NCBI GenBank assembly: GCA_051005755.1
Contig: JBPCJA010000194.1
Span: forward strand, 1 to 55,618
Reading direction: 5' to 3'
Length of the DNA stretch: 55,618 bases
Source: Solirubrobacteraceae bacterium
GTDB lineage: Bacteria > Actinomycetota > Thermoleophilia > Solirubrobacterales > Solirubrobacteraceae
Shown here one piece after another: positions 47,150 through 55,459 of this stretch; position 1 is the first letter of the stretch; each line of letters opens with the position of its first letter. The notes under the pieces are model-generated. The model ran no database searches and had not been told where the DNA came from. It worked only from the letters and a program-made list of their open reading frames with translations. The translations under genes and the position numbers were made by a program.

Positions 47150-47520
47150 GCGGCGTTCTCGTCGACACGCATATCGCGCTGTGGGCGCTCGGTGATCCGG
47201 CGCGGCTGACCGACACCGAGCGAGCACTGCTCGTCGACCCGTCAGTAGACCGTCGCCTCAGCCCGATGTCGATCTGGGAAGCCGCAATCAAACGCGAGGC
47301 CGGACGACTGCGCGCACCCCGGAACCTGACCGCCGTGCTCGCCGCCGAGTTTCGGATGCTGCAGATCACGGCGTCACTGCTGGAGGCAGCTGCCGAGCTG
47401 CCGCGCCACCATGCCGATCCGTTTGACCGCGTTCTCATCGCCCACGCACTCGACGAGCACCTCAGCGTGCTCACCCGTAACCCTGCCTTCGCCCCCTACG
47501 GCGTACGAATCGCAGCCTGA
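47146..47520 (+). CDS. vapC: PIN-domain VapC-family toxin
   Basis: GTG 47146 in ORF 47035..47520: VSGVLVDTHIALWALGDPARLTDTERALL, SPMSIWEAAIKREAGRL, HHADPFDRVLIAHALDEHLSVLTRN (acidic PIN residues D, E, D present). Confidence 0.82.
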   Translation: MSGVLVDTHIALWALGDPARLTDTERALLVDPSVDRRLSPMSIWEAAIKREAGRLRAPRNLTAVLAAEFRMLQITASLLEAAAELPRHHADPFDRVLIAHALDEHLSVLTRNPAFAPYGVRIAA

Positions 47521-47645
47521 GCAACCCGCAGGACGCCAACGCACCCCACTGACGCTTCGCGCGACGAAGAGCGCTGCGTCGGCCTGTCTGGCGTGTGATG
47601 TGTCGGCTTGGCTGGGAGCGGTTGGGCGTGTCGGACGCCGTCGGC

Positions 47646-47966
47646 TTACGACATGGTGGAGAGCGCTGTGGCGACGGCGAAGCCCAGGGTCGTGGCCAGT
47701 CCGGCGACGGGGCCGGCGCCGCGCGTGGCCTCGGGAATCATCGAGTCGATCAGCATGACGATGAGCGCGCCGGCCGCGAAGCCGTCGATCAGGCTGCGCA
47801 GATCGCCCGTCACAGCGTCCGCCGCGGCGCAGCCGATCAGGGTGGCGAGCGCGCAGCATGATGCGACGACCGACCAGAGCAGCAGGATGTGACTGCGGCT
47901 ACTGCCCGCACGTTGCCGCCACGAGCCGGCACACTGGAACACCGGCCAACCCGGACGCCACCACAC
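47646..47966 (-). pseudogene. C-terminal fragment of a ZIP-family metal transporter
   Basis: Only the last ~80 aa look genuine: ILLLWSVVASCCALATLIGCAAADAVTGDLRSLIDGFAAGALIVMLIDSMIPEATRGAGPVAGLATTLGFAVATALS. This matches the ZIP C-terminal pattern AGxMxxxxxDExIPEA...GF. There is no room for the missing ~170 N-terminal residues before the gene at 48007. Confidence 0.5.
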
Positions 47967-48006
47967 CGCCTACGACCACTGACACGACGGAATCAATCAT
48001 CTAGCC

Positions 48007-48903
48007 GTGCCGGACCAGATCGACATCCGCTGCCCCCTGTGCGAAGGCGCGTCGGAGCGCGCGTTCGTCACGCGCGACCGCAACCGTGGCATCGGCGCCG
48101 AGGAGTTCGAGTACCGCCGCTGCCTGGACTGCGGCGTGCTGTACCTGCGCAACGTCCCGGACGACCTCGCGCGCTTCTATCCGGGCGAGTACTTCTCGCT
48201 CCCCGCGCTGGCGCACCTGCGGGCGATCGGCCGCGGCAGCGAGCGCTACCGCATCGAGATCGTGCAGCGCCACGTGCGCGGTGGCCGGCTGGTCGAGATC
48301 GGTCCCGGGGACGGGATCTTCGCGGTCCAGGCGCTCGACGCGGGCTTCGACGTCGCCACGATCGAGATGGATCCCGAGGCCTGCGAGCACCTGCGCTCCA
48401 CACTCGGCATCGAGGTCGTCCAGTCGGCTGCGCCCGAGGACGCGCTCGGTGGCCTCGCGCCGCTGCGGGCGGTGGTGGCCTGGCACGTGCTCGAGCACCT
48501 GCCGCACCCCTGGGCGCTGCTCGAGGCGGCCGCGCGCGCGCTCCAGGCGGGCGGCGTGCTCGTCATCGCGACGCCCAACCCGGGCGCGTTCGGCCTGCGC
48601 GTCCTCGGCGGCCGGTGGCCGCACGTCGACGCGCCGCGCCACCTGTTCCTGATGCCGCACGCGACGCTCATCGACCGCGGGCGGCGGCTGGGGCTCGAGC
48701 CCGTGCAGCTCACGCACACCGACCCCGGCGGCCTGCACTGGAACGCGTTCGCGTGGCACTACGCGCTGCGCCGGCCGGGCATCGCGCCGCGCGCCGACCA
48801 CGCTGCGCGGCTGGCGGGCCACGCGATCGCCGCCGCGCTCGCGCCGATCGAGCGCCGCGGGCTGCGCGGTGCCGCCTACACCCTGGTCCTGCGCAAGCGG
48901 TGA
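48007..48903 (+). CDS. Class I SAM-dependent methyltransferase with N-terminal Cys4 zinc-ribbon
   Basis: IRCPLCEGAS...YRRCLDCGVLYL, RLVEIGPGDGIFAVQAL (motif I), VVAWHVLEHLPHP, GGVLVIATPNP. Confidence 0.82.
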   Translation: MPDQIDIRCPLCEGASERAFVTRDRNRGIGAEEFEYRRCLDCGVLYLRNVPDDLARFYPGEYFSLPALAHLRAIGRGSERYRIEIVQRHVRGGRLVEIGPGDGIFAVQALDAGFDVATIEMDPEACEHLRSTLGIEVVQSAAPEDALGGLAPLRAVVAWHVLEHLPHPWALLEAAARALQAGGVLVIATPNPGAFGLRVLGGRWPHVDAPRHLFLMPHATLIDRGRRLGLEPVQLTHTDPGGLHWNAFAWHYALRRPGIAPRADHAARLAGHAIAAALAPIERRGLRGAAYTLVLRKR

Positions 48904-50120
48904 TAGAGCTGGCCGTGCGCCACCGGCGGCGGCGGAGGAGGTCGCTCGAAGACGTCGAGCAGCGACATGTACCTGCCACGCACCTTGGGCGGGTCCCACG
49001 CGATGAACTGGCCGAGCAGCAGCCCGTGGACGACGTTGTAGAACGCCTGTCGCAGGCGCTCGGGCAGGCGCGGGGCGGCGAGCTTGCACGTGCGGATGAG
49101 CCCGCGCGCGAGTGCCCGCTCCCACGGCCGCAGGTGGCGCTCGAGCTCGGCGACCTGCTCGACCGGGACCGTGCCCGCCATGAAGTGACCCTCGTAGACG
49201 TGGACGGCCTGCAGCACGCGGAAGCGCCGCCGGTCGGGCTCGGCCGGTACGAGCGTTCCATAGCGCGCCGAGATCGCCTCCAGCGCCGACAGCCAGCCGG
49301 TGTTGATGTTCGTGCCGGGCATGTCGGCCAGGCGCGGCTCGCGTTCCTGCCGATTCCCGCCGGGCGCCTCGAGGAACGCCTTGCCGGCCTTCTCTTGTTC
49401 GTTGAGATGAAAGAAGCCGTAGGACTTCGGCGTGACCCCGATCGTCACGAGTGGCTGCGGCGTGATGACGATCCTGCGCGCGCTCAGGAAGACGACGTTG
49501 GTCGCGTAGTAGTCCGGAAACGCGGACTGAAAGAACGGACCCTGCGGCGCGAGCTCCTCGACGAGCCGGCGGCTGACCGTCGAGAACTGCATGTTGAAGC
49601 CGTAGCGCAGGCGAAAGTGCATCGCGTGCGCCACCATCTTGCGCGCCGTCGCGCGGTCGAGCACGAACGGCTCGCGGACGCCGCGCAGGAACTTCGCATA
49701 GCCGTGGGCCTGGAGGAAGCCCTCCGGCTCGGACGGGTGGACGCCCGGATAGGAGAACAGCCACGCGCTCTGGTAGATGACGTCGGGCTCGCCGAACCGC
49801 TGCACGAGGCCGCGAATCGCGCCCACGTAGCCGGGCATCAGCCCGTCGTCGTCACCGAGCATGACGACGTAGCGGCCGCGGCTGTGGTCGAGGGCGTTGT
49901 TCCAGTTGTCGGTGACCGGAACGAACGACCGGGTGCGCACGTAGCGGATGCGCTCGTCCCCGAGCGCCCGGAGGTACCCCGCGATGTCCTCCTCGGAGTC
50001 GTTGTCGGACACGACGAGCTCCCAGTCGCCGTCATCCTGGCGGCGGACGGTCTCGACCGCGTAGCGCAGGTACTCGAGGCGGTTGCGGGTCGGCAGCAGG
50101 ACCGAGACGAGCGGGGCCAT
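48876..50120 (-). CDS. GT2-family glycosyltransferase
   Basis: MAPLVSVLLPTRNRLEYLRYAVETVRRQ, WELVVSDNDSEEDI, VVMLGDDDGLMP (DxD). The 3' end overlaps the convergent methyltransferase by 28 nt. Confidence 0.85.
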   Translation of the reverse strand: MAPLVSVLLPTRNRLEYLRYAVETVRRQDDGDWELVVSDNDSEEDIAGYLRALGDERIRYVRTRSFVPVTDNWNNALDHSRGRYVVMLGDDDGLMPGYVGAIRGLVQRFGEPDVIYQSAWLFSYPGVHPSEPEGFLQAHGYAKFLRGVREPFVLDRATARKMVAHAMHFRLRYGFNMQFSTVSRRLVEELAPQGPFFQSAFPDYYATNVVFLSARRIVITPQPLVTIGVTPKSYGFFHLNEQEKAGKAFLEAPGGNRQEREPRLADMPGTNINTGWLSALEAISARYGTLVPAEPDRRRFRVLQAVHVYEGHFMAGTVPVEQVAELERHLRPWERALARGLIRTCKLAAPRLPERLRQAFYNVVHGLLLGQFIAWDPPKVRGRYMSLLDVFERPPPPPPVAHGQLYHRLRRTRV

Positions 50121-50126
50121 CGTGGC

Positions 50127-51059
50127 TCAGCGCTCCAGCATGCCGGGCGCTCGCCGGCGGCGAAGCAGCGCGGCTCCGTTGCTCGTGAGGTCACGGTAGA
50201 CCGTCCACTTCTGGCGGTCCAGGCGGCGGAAGAGGAGCGCGCGCGGCACGGCCATCGTGACGAGCAGCGCGCCGAGCGCGCGGGTCTGCGAGCGCGGGAA
50301 GTGGATCGAGCCGTAGCGCACCATCCCGTGCAGCATGCGCCGCAGCGACTCGGCCGCGGTCCAGCGGCCGACGGTCGCGCCGCCGATGTGGCGGAACATC
50401 GCGTCCGGGGCCCACAGCGCCGGCCCGTGCGCCGCGAGCCGGCGCGAGATGTCGACGTCCTCGAACCAGAACCAGTACCCCTCGTCCCAGCCGCCGATCC
50501 GCTCCAGCGCGGAGCGGCGGACGAGCAGCCCCCCGCCCGCCGGCTGGTCGACCTCGATCGGATCCCCGTGGTCGTCGAGGTCACGATGGCTCGTGGGCGC
50601 GGTCCAGGGGTTCCTCGGCCAGAGGCGGTCGAGGCCGGTGAGGCTCATCGCGTAGCCGGCGAGCGTCGGGAACGCCCGCGGGCGGTAGGCGTCCTGGGTC
50701 ACGAGCGTGGTTGGGTCGACGAGCCGGCCGCCGGCGGAGACCGCGTGCGGATGCGCGTCGAGCACGGCGACGAGCCGGTCGATCGCGCCGGGCTCGCTGA
50801 ACATGTCGTCGTTCATGAACAGGACGTAGGGCGCGCTGCCGCACTCACCGCCGCGGTTGAACGCGAACGACAGGCCGCGGTGGCTGTCGAGGTGGACGAG
50901 CCGCACGTGCGGGGCATGCTCTCGCACCGCTTCTGCGGTCCCGTCATCGGATGCATTGTCGATGACGACGATCGAGGCGATCGACCGGTCCCGGAGATGG
51001 TCGAGGCACTCGAGGACCATCTCGCGGGCGTTGTTCGTGACGATGACGACGTCGACCAT
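50127..51059 (-). CDS. GT2-family glycosyltransferase
   Basis: MVDVVIVTNNAREMVLECL, IVVIDNASDDGT, VLFMNDDMF, GGLLVRRSALERIGGWDEGYWFWFEDVDISRR. Confidence 0.88.
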   Translation of the reverse strand: MVDVVIVTNNAREMVLECLDHLRDRSIASIVVIDNASDDGTAEAVREHAPHVRLVHLDSHRGLSFAFNRGGECGSAPYVLFMNDDMFSEPGAIDRLVAVLDAHPHAVSAGGRLVDPTTLVTQDAYRPRAFPTLAGYAMSLTGLDRLWPRNPWTAPTSHRDLDDHGDPIEVDQPAGGGLLVRRSALERIGGWDEGYWFWFEDVDISRRLAAHGPALWAPDAMFRHIGGATVGRWTAAESLRRMLHGMVRYGSIHFPRSQTRALGALLVTMAVPRALLFRRLDRQKWTVYRDLTSNGAALLRRRRAPGMLER

Positions 51060-51064
51060 CGGCG

Positions 51065-51082
51065 GCCCATCCTAGGATGGGC
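51065..51082. promoter_or_regulatory. 18-bp perfect palindrome GCCCATCCTAGGATGGGC between divergent GT2 start codons
   Basis: It is centred at 51073/51074, exactly equidistant (14.5 nt) from ATG 51059 (-) and TTG 51088 (+). On each strand it presents AGGA 10 nt upstream of the respective start codon. The whole intergenic gap is 28 nt. Confidence 0.6.
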
Positions 51083-51087
51083 GCGTC

Positions 51088-52107
51088 TTGACCGGCGCAT
51101 CCGTCACGCTCGTCGTGCTCAGCTTCAACGGGCGCGACCTGCTCGCCGCGACGCTGCCGTCGGTGCTCTCCCAGGGGGTCGAGGTGCTCGTCGTCGACAA
51201 CGGATCGGCTGACGGCACGGGGACCTATCTGCGCGAGGAGTGGCCGGGGGTGCGCGTGCTCGAGCTGCTCGAGAACGTCGGCGTCGCCGCGGCCCTCAAC
51301 CGCGGCCTCGCGGCGACCACGACCGAGTTCGTCGCGCTGCTCAACAACGACGTCGAGCTGGCACCGGGGTGGCTCGAGCCGTTGCTGACGACGCTGCGGG
51401 CGCATCCCGAGGCGGCCGCGGCCTCCGGCAAGCTCCTGCGCTACGACGACCGCGAGCGCCTGGACGCCGCCGGCGACGTGCTCCTGCGCTCCTCCGCGGC
51501 CATCAACCGGGGGGCGGGCGAGCTCGATCGCGGGCAGTACGACCGCGCCGAGGCGGTCTTCGGCGTCTGCGCGGGGGCCGCGCTGTACCGCCGCGCGGCG
51601 TTCGACGTGGTCGGGCCCTTCGACGAGGCCTACTTCGCCTACCTCGAGGACGTCGACTGGGCGATGCGGGCACAGCTCGCGGGCCTCGGCGCGCGCTACG
51701 AGCCTGCCGCCGTCGCCTTCCACATGGGCGGCGCGACGACGCGCCGGCATAAGGGCTTCTACGTGCGCCTGCAGCGACGCAACCAGCTGCTGCTCGTGGC
51801 CAAGACCTTCCCCGCCGGGACGCTCGCGCGCCACGGCTGGCGGATCGCGCTGACGCTGGCGCTGTCGCTCGTCGCGAGCGCGCGCGACGGCGGCCTGCGC
51901 GACCACCTCGGCGGCTGGGGCGAGGCGGCGCGGATGCTGCCCGCCGCGCTGCAGCGCCGGCGCGCGGTCCAGCGCGACCGGCGAGTGCCCGTCCGCGAGG
52001 TCGAGCGGCTCATGGCGGCGGGCGTGCCGCCCGGGCTGTCGCGGCCCCTGCGGCTGCTGTTCGAGCACGCGCCCGATGCTGCGCGGCGGCGGGCGGGCGT
52101 GCTCTGA
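51088..52107 (+). CDS. GT2-family glycosyltransferase (rhamnosyltransferase-like)
   Basis: TTG 51088. VTLVVLSFNGRDLLAATL, VLVVDNGSADGT, ALLNNDVEL, CAGAALYRRAAFDVVGPFDEAYFAYLEDVDWAMR. Confidence 0.86.
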   Translation: MTGASVTLVVLSFNGRDLLAATLPSVLSQGVEVLVVDNGSADGTGTYLREEWPGVRVLELLENVGVAAALNRGLAATTTEFVALLNNDVELAPGWLEPLLTTLRAHPEAAAASGKLLRYDDRERLDAAGDVLLRSSAAINRGAGELDRGQYDRAEAVFGVCAGAALYRRAAFDVVGPFDEAYFAYLEDVDWAMRAQLAGLGARYEPAAVAFHMGGATTRRHKGFYVRLQRRNQLLLVAKTFPAGTLARHGWRIALTLALSLVASARDGGLRDHLGGWGEAARMLPAALQRRRAVQRDRRVPVREVERLMAAGVPPGLSRPLRLLFEHAPDAARRRAGVL

Positions 52108-52209
52108 CGTCGCGTGGTTGCGGCCGGCGGGGTTGAGGCCTACGTCAGAATGGACAGGTCCCTACGGGAGTCACCGAGGTCAGAAGGTCGAGCAAGAGGA
52201 GTGACAATC

Positions 52210-52338
52210 ATGCGTGCTGGATCCGTCGAGCCTGCCCGCCGCATCGTCGTCGAGCCCATCCGCCGGCCTGCTGTCGCGCCGGCCGAGCCTGCACCGCCGC
52301 CGCAGCCCGCCAAGGCACCCGAGAAGGTTGCGGCATGA
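52210..52338 (+). CDS. Possible 42-aa Pro/Ala-rich peptide
   Basis: ATG 52210 is preceded by aagaggag (52194-52201, 8-nt spacer). MRAGSVEPARRIVVEPIRRPAVAPAEPAPPPQPAKAPEKVAA. Its stop overlaps the start of the next gene (ATGA at 52335-52338). Confidence 0.45.
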   Translation: MRAGSVEPARRIVVEPIRRPAVAPAEPAPPPQPAKAPEKVAA

Positions 52339-52841
52339 CCGACGAGGTCCCGCTCCTTCCCGAGGAGGTCCTGGGCTACCGGGCCTGGTGGATGGGCGAC
52401 GGGGAGCTCGTGTCCTACGTAGCCGTCCATCCGGACGCGCAGACCGTCTGGGCACCGGACATCGTCGTCGCCCGCTGCCGTCATGGCCACGAGGCGCCCC
52501 ACACCGGCTGCACATGCGGGCTGCACGCCTCCTACGAGCCCCCCGACCCCTGCCGCGACGGCGGCTTCGGCCACAACGACGCCGTCTACGGAGCGGTCGT
52601 CGCCTGGGGTGCGATCGACACGACGTCGACGGACTTCCGGGCACAGTACGCACGGATCGTCTGCCTCGCGTTCTGGCGGATGCAGACCTGGCATCACACC
52701 GAGCAGATCCGCGCGCTCGCCCGCCGCCACCGCGTGCGCTGCGTCGAGCTCGACGAGCTGGCCGACGTCGCGCACGAGTTCGCCAGCGAGATCCCACCGC
52801 AGCTGCGCGGACGCTCGCCGGTCGACGGTCCGGCTTCCTGA
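52335..52841 (+). CDS. Hypothetical Cys/His-rich protein (168 aa)
   Basis: MTDEVPLLPEEVLGYRAWWMGDGELVSY, ARCRHGHEAPHTGCTCGLHASY (clustered C/H), AVYGAVVAWGAIDTTSTDFRAQYARIVCLAF. High GC3 and non-repetitive. No named family recognised. Confidence 0.7.
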   Translation: MTDEVPLLPEEVLGYRAWWMGDGELVSYVAVHPDAQTVWAPDIVVARCRHGHEAPHTGCTCGLHASYEPPDPCRDGGFGHNDAVYGAVVAWGAIDTTSTDFRAQYARIVCLAFWRMQTWHHTEQIRALARRHRVRCVELDELADVAHEFASEIPPQLRGRSPVDGPAS

Positions 52842-52852
52842 TCGCGGTGAGC

Positions 52853-52877
52853 GGGGACCCGTCCCAGGACGGGCCCC
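52853..52877. terminator. GC-rich hairpin between convergent genes (candidate bidirectional terminator)
   Basis: ggggacccgtcc-ca-ggacgggcccc: a 7-bp core stem (52858-52864 with 52867-52873) plus a gggg/cccc extension with one bulged A. It lies between stops at 52841 (+) and 52890 (-). There is no T-tract. Confidence 0.35.
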
Positions 52878-52889
52878 CGGCCTCCCTGC

Positions 52890-54158
52890 TCAGGCGCCGA
52901 TCGGCGTGAGCACGTGGTCGTAGATGAACTCACCGACCGCGCTGCCCGACAGGAACCCGTGCTTGCCGTCCCAGTCGAAGTGCACACCCAGATATACGCG
53001 ACTGCGGGCATCCTCGAGCGCCGCGTCGGTGAAGCTGATGAACGTGCGCTTCACAGCCGGGGTCTTGGGCAGGTTGGGATCCTCGGTGGTCGCCGTGAAC
53101 GTGACGCTGTCGGTGCCGAAGAAGCGGCGCATGATGGCGAAATGCGCAGCGGCAAGCGCGGCATGGCCCGACACGTATGCCGGAAACGACGGTGAGAAGT
53201 GCTTCCCGGAAGTCGGACTCCCCTTCGTCGGATCGAATGACAGCGGCTCCCACTTCTCGTCGGGGCTCGTCGCCGGGTTGCCGTCGTCCTTGGCCAGCCT
53301 GATCGCGGTCTCCGGCCGCCACAGGTCCAGGCTCGTCTCGAACTTCGCGTCCCACGCGACGATCGCGGCGTCGGCCATGGCCAGGGCCGCGAGCGCGAAC
53401 AGGCGGGCGTTGTCGACGAGATCCACGCCTTTCTGCTTCGAGACGACCTTCGCGATGTCGAAGAGCTGGCCCGGCGGCTTGTAGGTCCCGTCGAGGTCGT
53501 TGGCCCAGAAGAACGCGATCTCGGTCTGCTCGCTGGTCCTCTTCGTGGAGTTGGACTTGCCGAGCAGCTTGACCTCGTTGAACTGCGCCGTGTACTCGGA
53601 GCTCGCGAGCATCTGAGGCTTCGATGCGTAGCCGCCTGGCCGCGGCGGGCGGAACGCGTTGCCGGCGGGGATGCCGAACGGCTTCACGCTCGGCCAGTTC
53701 GGCGTCCCTGCCGGGCCGGAGTTCGTCGGCCGCCAGTCGCCCGCTTCCTTACCGCTCACGTACGGCGTCATGTCGTCGGCTCCGTCGCCGGTGCGAGCCT
53801 CGATCATCGCCCGCGCGGCGGCCCGGCCGACGGCCTTGCCGCCGGAGATGTCGGTCCCAGGGGGCAGAGCGGCGATCGCCTTGTCGCGCTCTGCCGCAAG
53901 GTCGACCTTGGTGGTCGGGAACGCGACGGCAAGGGTGTCGTGTGCCGCGTGCGCGATGGCGGCCTCGATCGAGGCGCCCGGCGCCGCATGCACCGAGACG
54001 AGATATGGGCGGTGCGTCGAGGGCGCGATCGAGTTGACCGCGTCGTAGATCGCGCCATGCATCATCGCGCCGCCTCGGGTGATCGGTCCGGGGAAGCCCC
54101 CGACCTGCCGTACCACGTTGAGCAGCACGTCGTTCCAATGGGTGACAGCATCAGCCAT
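52890..54158 (-). CDS. Vanadium-dependent haloperoxidase / acid-phosphatase (PAP2 superfamily) family protein
   Basis: KFETSLDLWRPETAIR (K...RP), FPAYVSGHAALAAAH (SGH), ARSRVYLGVHFDWDGKHG (R...H). No obvious signal peptide (MADAVTHWNDVLL). Confidence 0.8.
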   Translation of the reverse strand: MADAVTHWNDVLLNVVRQVGGFPGPITRGGAMMHGAIYDAVNSIAPSTHRPYLVSVHAAPGASIEAAIAHAAHDTLAVAFPTTKVDLAAERDKAIAALPPGTDISGGKAVGRAAARAMIEARTGDGADDMTPYVSGKEAGDWRPTNSGPAGTPNWPSVKPFGIPAGNAFRPPRPGGYASKPQMLASSEYTAQFNEVKLLGKSNSTKRTSEQTEIAFFWANDLDGTYKPPGQLFDIAKVVSKQKGVDLVDNARLFALAALAMADAAIVAWDAKFETSLDLWRPETAIRLAKDDGNPATSPDEKWEPLSFDPTKGSPTSGKHFSPSFPAYVSGHAALAAAHFAIMRRFFGTDSVTFTATTEDPNLPKTPAVKRTFISFTDAALEDARSRVYLGVHFDWDGKHGFLSGSAVGEFIYDHVLTPIGA

Positions 54159-54412
54159 CGTCTTCCTCCTGGCAGTCGAATCGAGGTTGCACGAAACAGC
54201 CTCAGTATCCCGTGAGAGTGGCGAGAAGCAACGTCCTGATACACATACCGTACTTTTTTACTCATACAACGGCGCCACCTGCAACATGGTGTTTCCATGG
54301 AATTGCTGTATATGCGGCGCATTCTTCGTTACGGTGGCGGCAGCCCGCTGCGCGCTGCGGCGCCGTAATCGTGGGCGTCGCGCCCGTGCGCGAGGCTGGG
54401 CAAGATAGGCCC

Positions 54413-55459
54413 GTGGCGCGCGTGCTGCACATCCTGCCCCACCGCGGCGGCGGGGCGGAGACGTACATCGACCTCCTCGAGGGGCTGGCGGACTTCGAGC
54501 ACGAGCGCGTCGCGCTGTCACGCGGGCGCATGCCGCTGTCGGCCGCGGCGTCGCTACCCGTCGGGTATCCCAGGATCGCGCGAGCCGCGCGGCGGGCGGA
54601 CCTCGTGCACGCCCACGGCGACGTCGCCGCGGCGCTCGCGCTGCCGATGCTGCGCGGCCGCCCGTCGGCGGTCACGACGCACGGCCTGCACTTCCTGCGC
54701 CGCGCGACGGGGGCGCGGCGCGCTGCCGCGCAGCGCGCGCTGCGGGCCGTGGCGCGCACCGCCGACCGCGTGCTCTGCACGTCGCAGGCCGAGCACGACG
54801 AGCTCTCGGAGCTGCTCGGAACGGCGCTCGCGCAGCGCTTGGAGGTCGTTCACAACGGAATTGCCTTCCCGCCGGCGGCCGATCCCGCGGCGCGCGCGGC
54901 CGCGCGCGCCGAGCTTCGGCTCGCGGACGGCGACGTCGCGGCGTTGTTTCTCGGCGAGCTGGAGGTGCGCAAGGCGCCGCTCGTGGCGGTCGCCGCGGCG
55001 CGACGGGCGGCGGCCGAGGGCGCGCCGCTCGTGCTGTTCGTCGCCGGCGACGGGCCGCAGGCCGATGCGGTTCGGGCCCAGGGCTCGAGCGTCGTCCGTC
55101 CGCTCGGCTTCCGTCGCGACGCCGAGCGGTTGCTGGCCGCCGCCGACATCTTCGTCCTGCCCTCCGAGCGCGAGGGCCTGTCGTTCGCGGTGCTCGAGGC
55201 GATGGGGCACGGCCTGGCGATGGTCGTCTCCGACGGGCCCGGCAACCCGGAGGCGATCGGCGACGCGGGCATCGTCGTCCGCAGCGGCGATGTCGCCGCG
55301 CTGGCCGCGGCGCTCGGCGCGCTGGCCCGCGACCCGACGCAGCGCTCGCTGCTCGGCGCCGCCGCCCGCGAGCGCGTGCGCTCGACCTTCAGCCTGGAGC
55401 GGATGCTCGCCGGCGTCGGCGCGGCGTATGCGGCGGCGCGGGGCGCCCACGCCGACTGA
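54413..55459 (+). CDS. GT4-family (GT-B) glycosyltransferase
   Basis: GTG 54413 in ORF 54212..55459: VARVLHILPHRGGGAETYIDLL. FVLPSEREGLSFAVLEAMGHGLAMVVSDGPGNPEAIGDAG carries the E-x7-E motif. Confidence 0.85.
   Translation: MARVLHILPHRGGGAETYIDLLEGLADFEHERVALSRGRMPLSAAASLPVGYPRIARAARRADLVHAHGDVAAALALPMLRGRPSAVTTHGLHFLRRATGARRAAAQRALRAVARTADRVLCTSQAEHDELSELLGTALAQRLEVVHNGIAFPPAADPAARAAARAELRLADGDVAALFLGELEVRKAPLVAVAAARRAAAEGAPLVLFVAGDGPQADAVRAQGSSVVRPLGFRRDAERLLAAADIFVLPSEREGLSFAVLEAMGHGLAMVVSDGPGNPEAIGDAGIVVRSGDVAALAAALGALARDPTQRSLLGAAARERVRSTFSLERMLAGVGAAYAAARGAHAD

Noticed and set aside
54293-54302. 10-bp perfect palindrome TTCCATGGAA in the AT-rich divergent region upstream of the GT4 gene.
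   Set aside because: It is short and expected by chance in an AT-rich stretch. There is no second copy or flanking symmetry.
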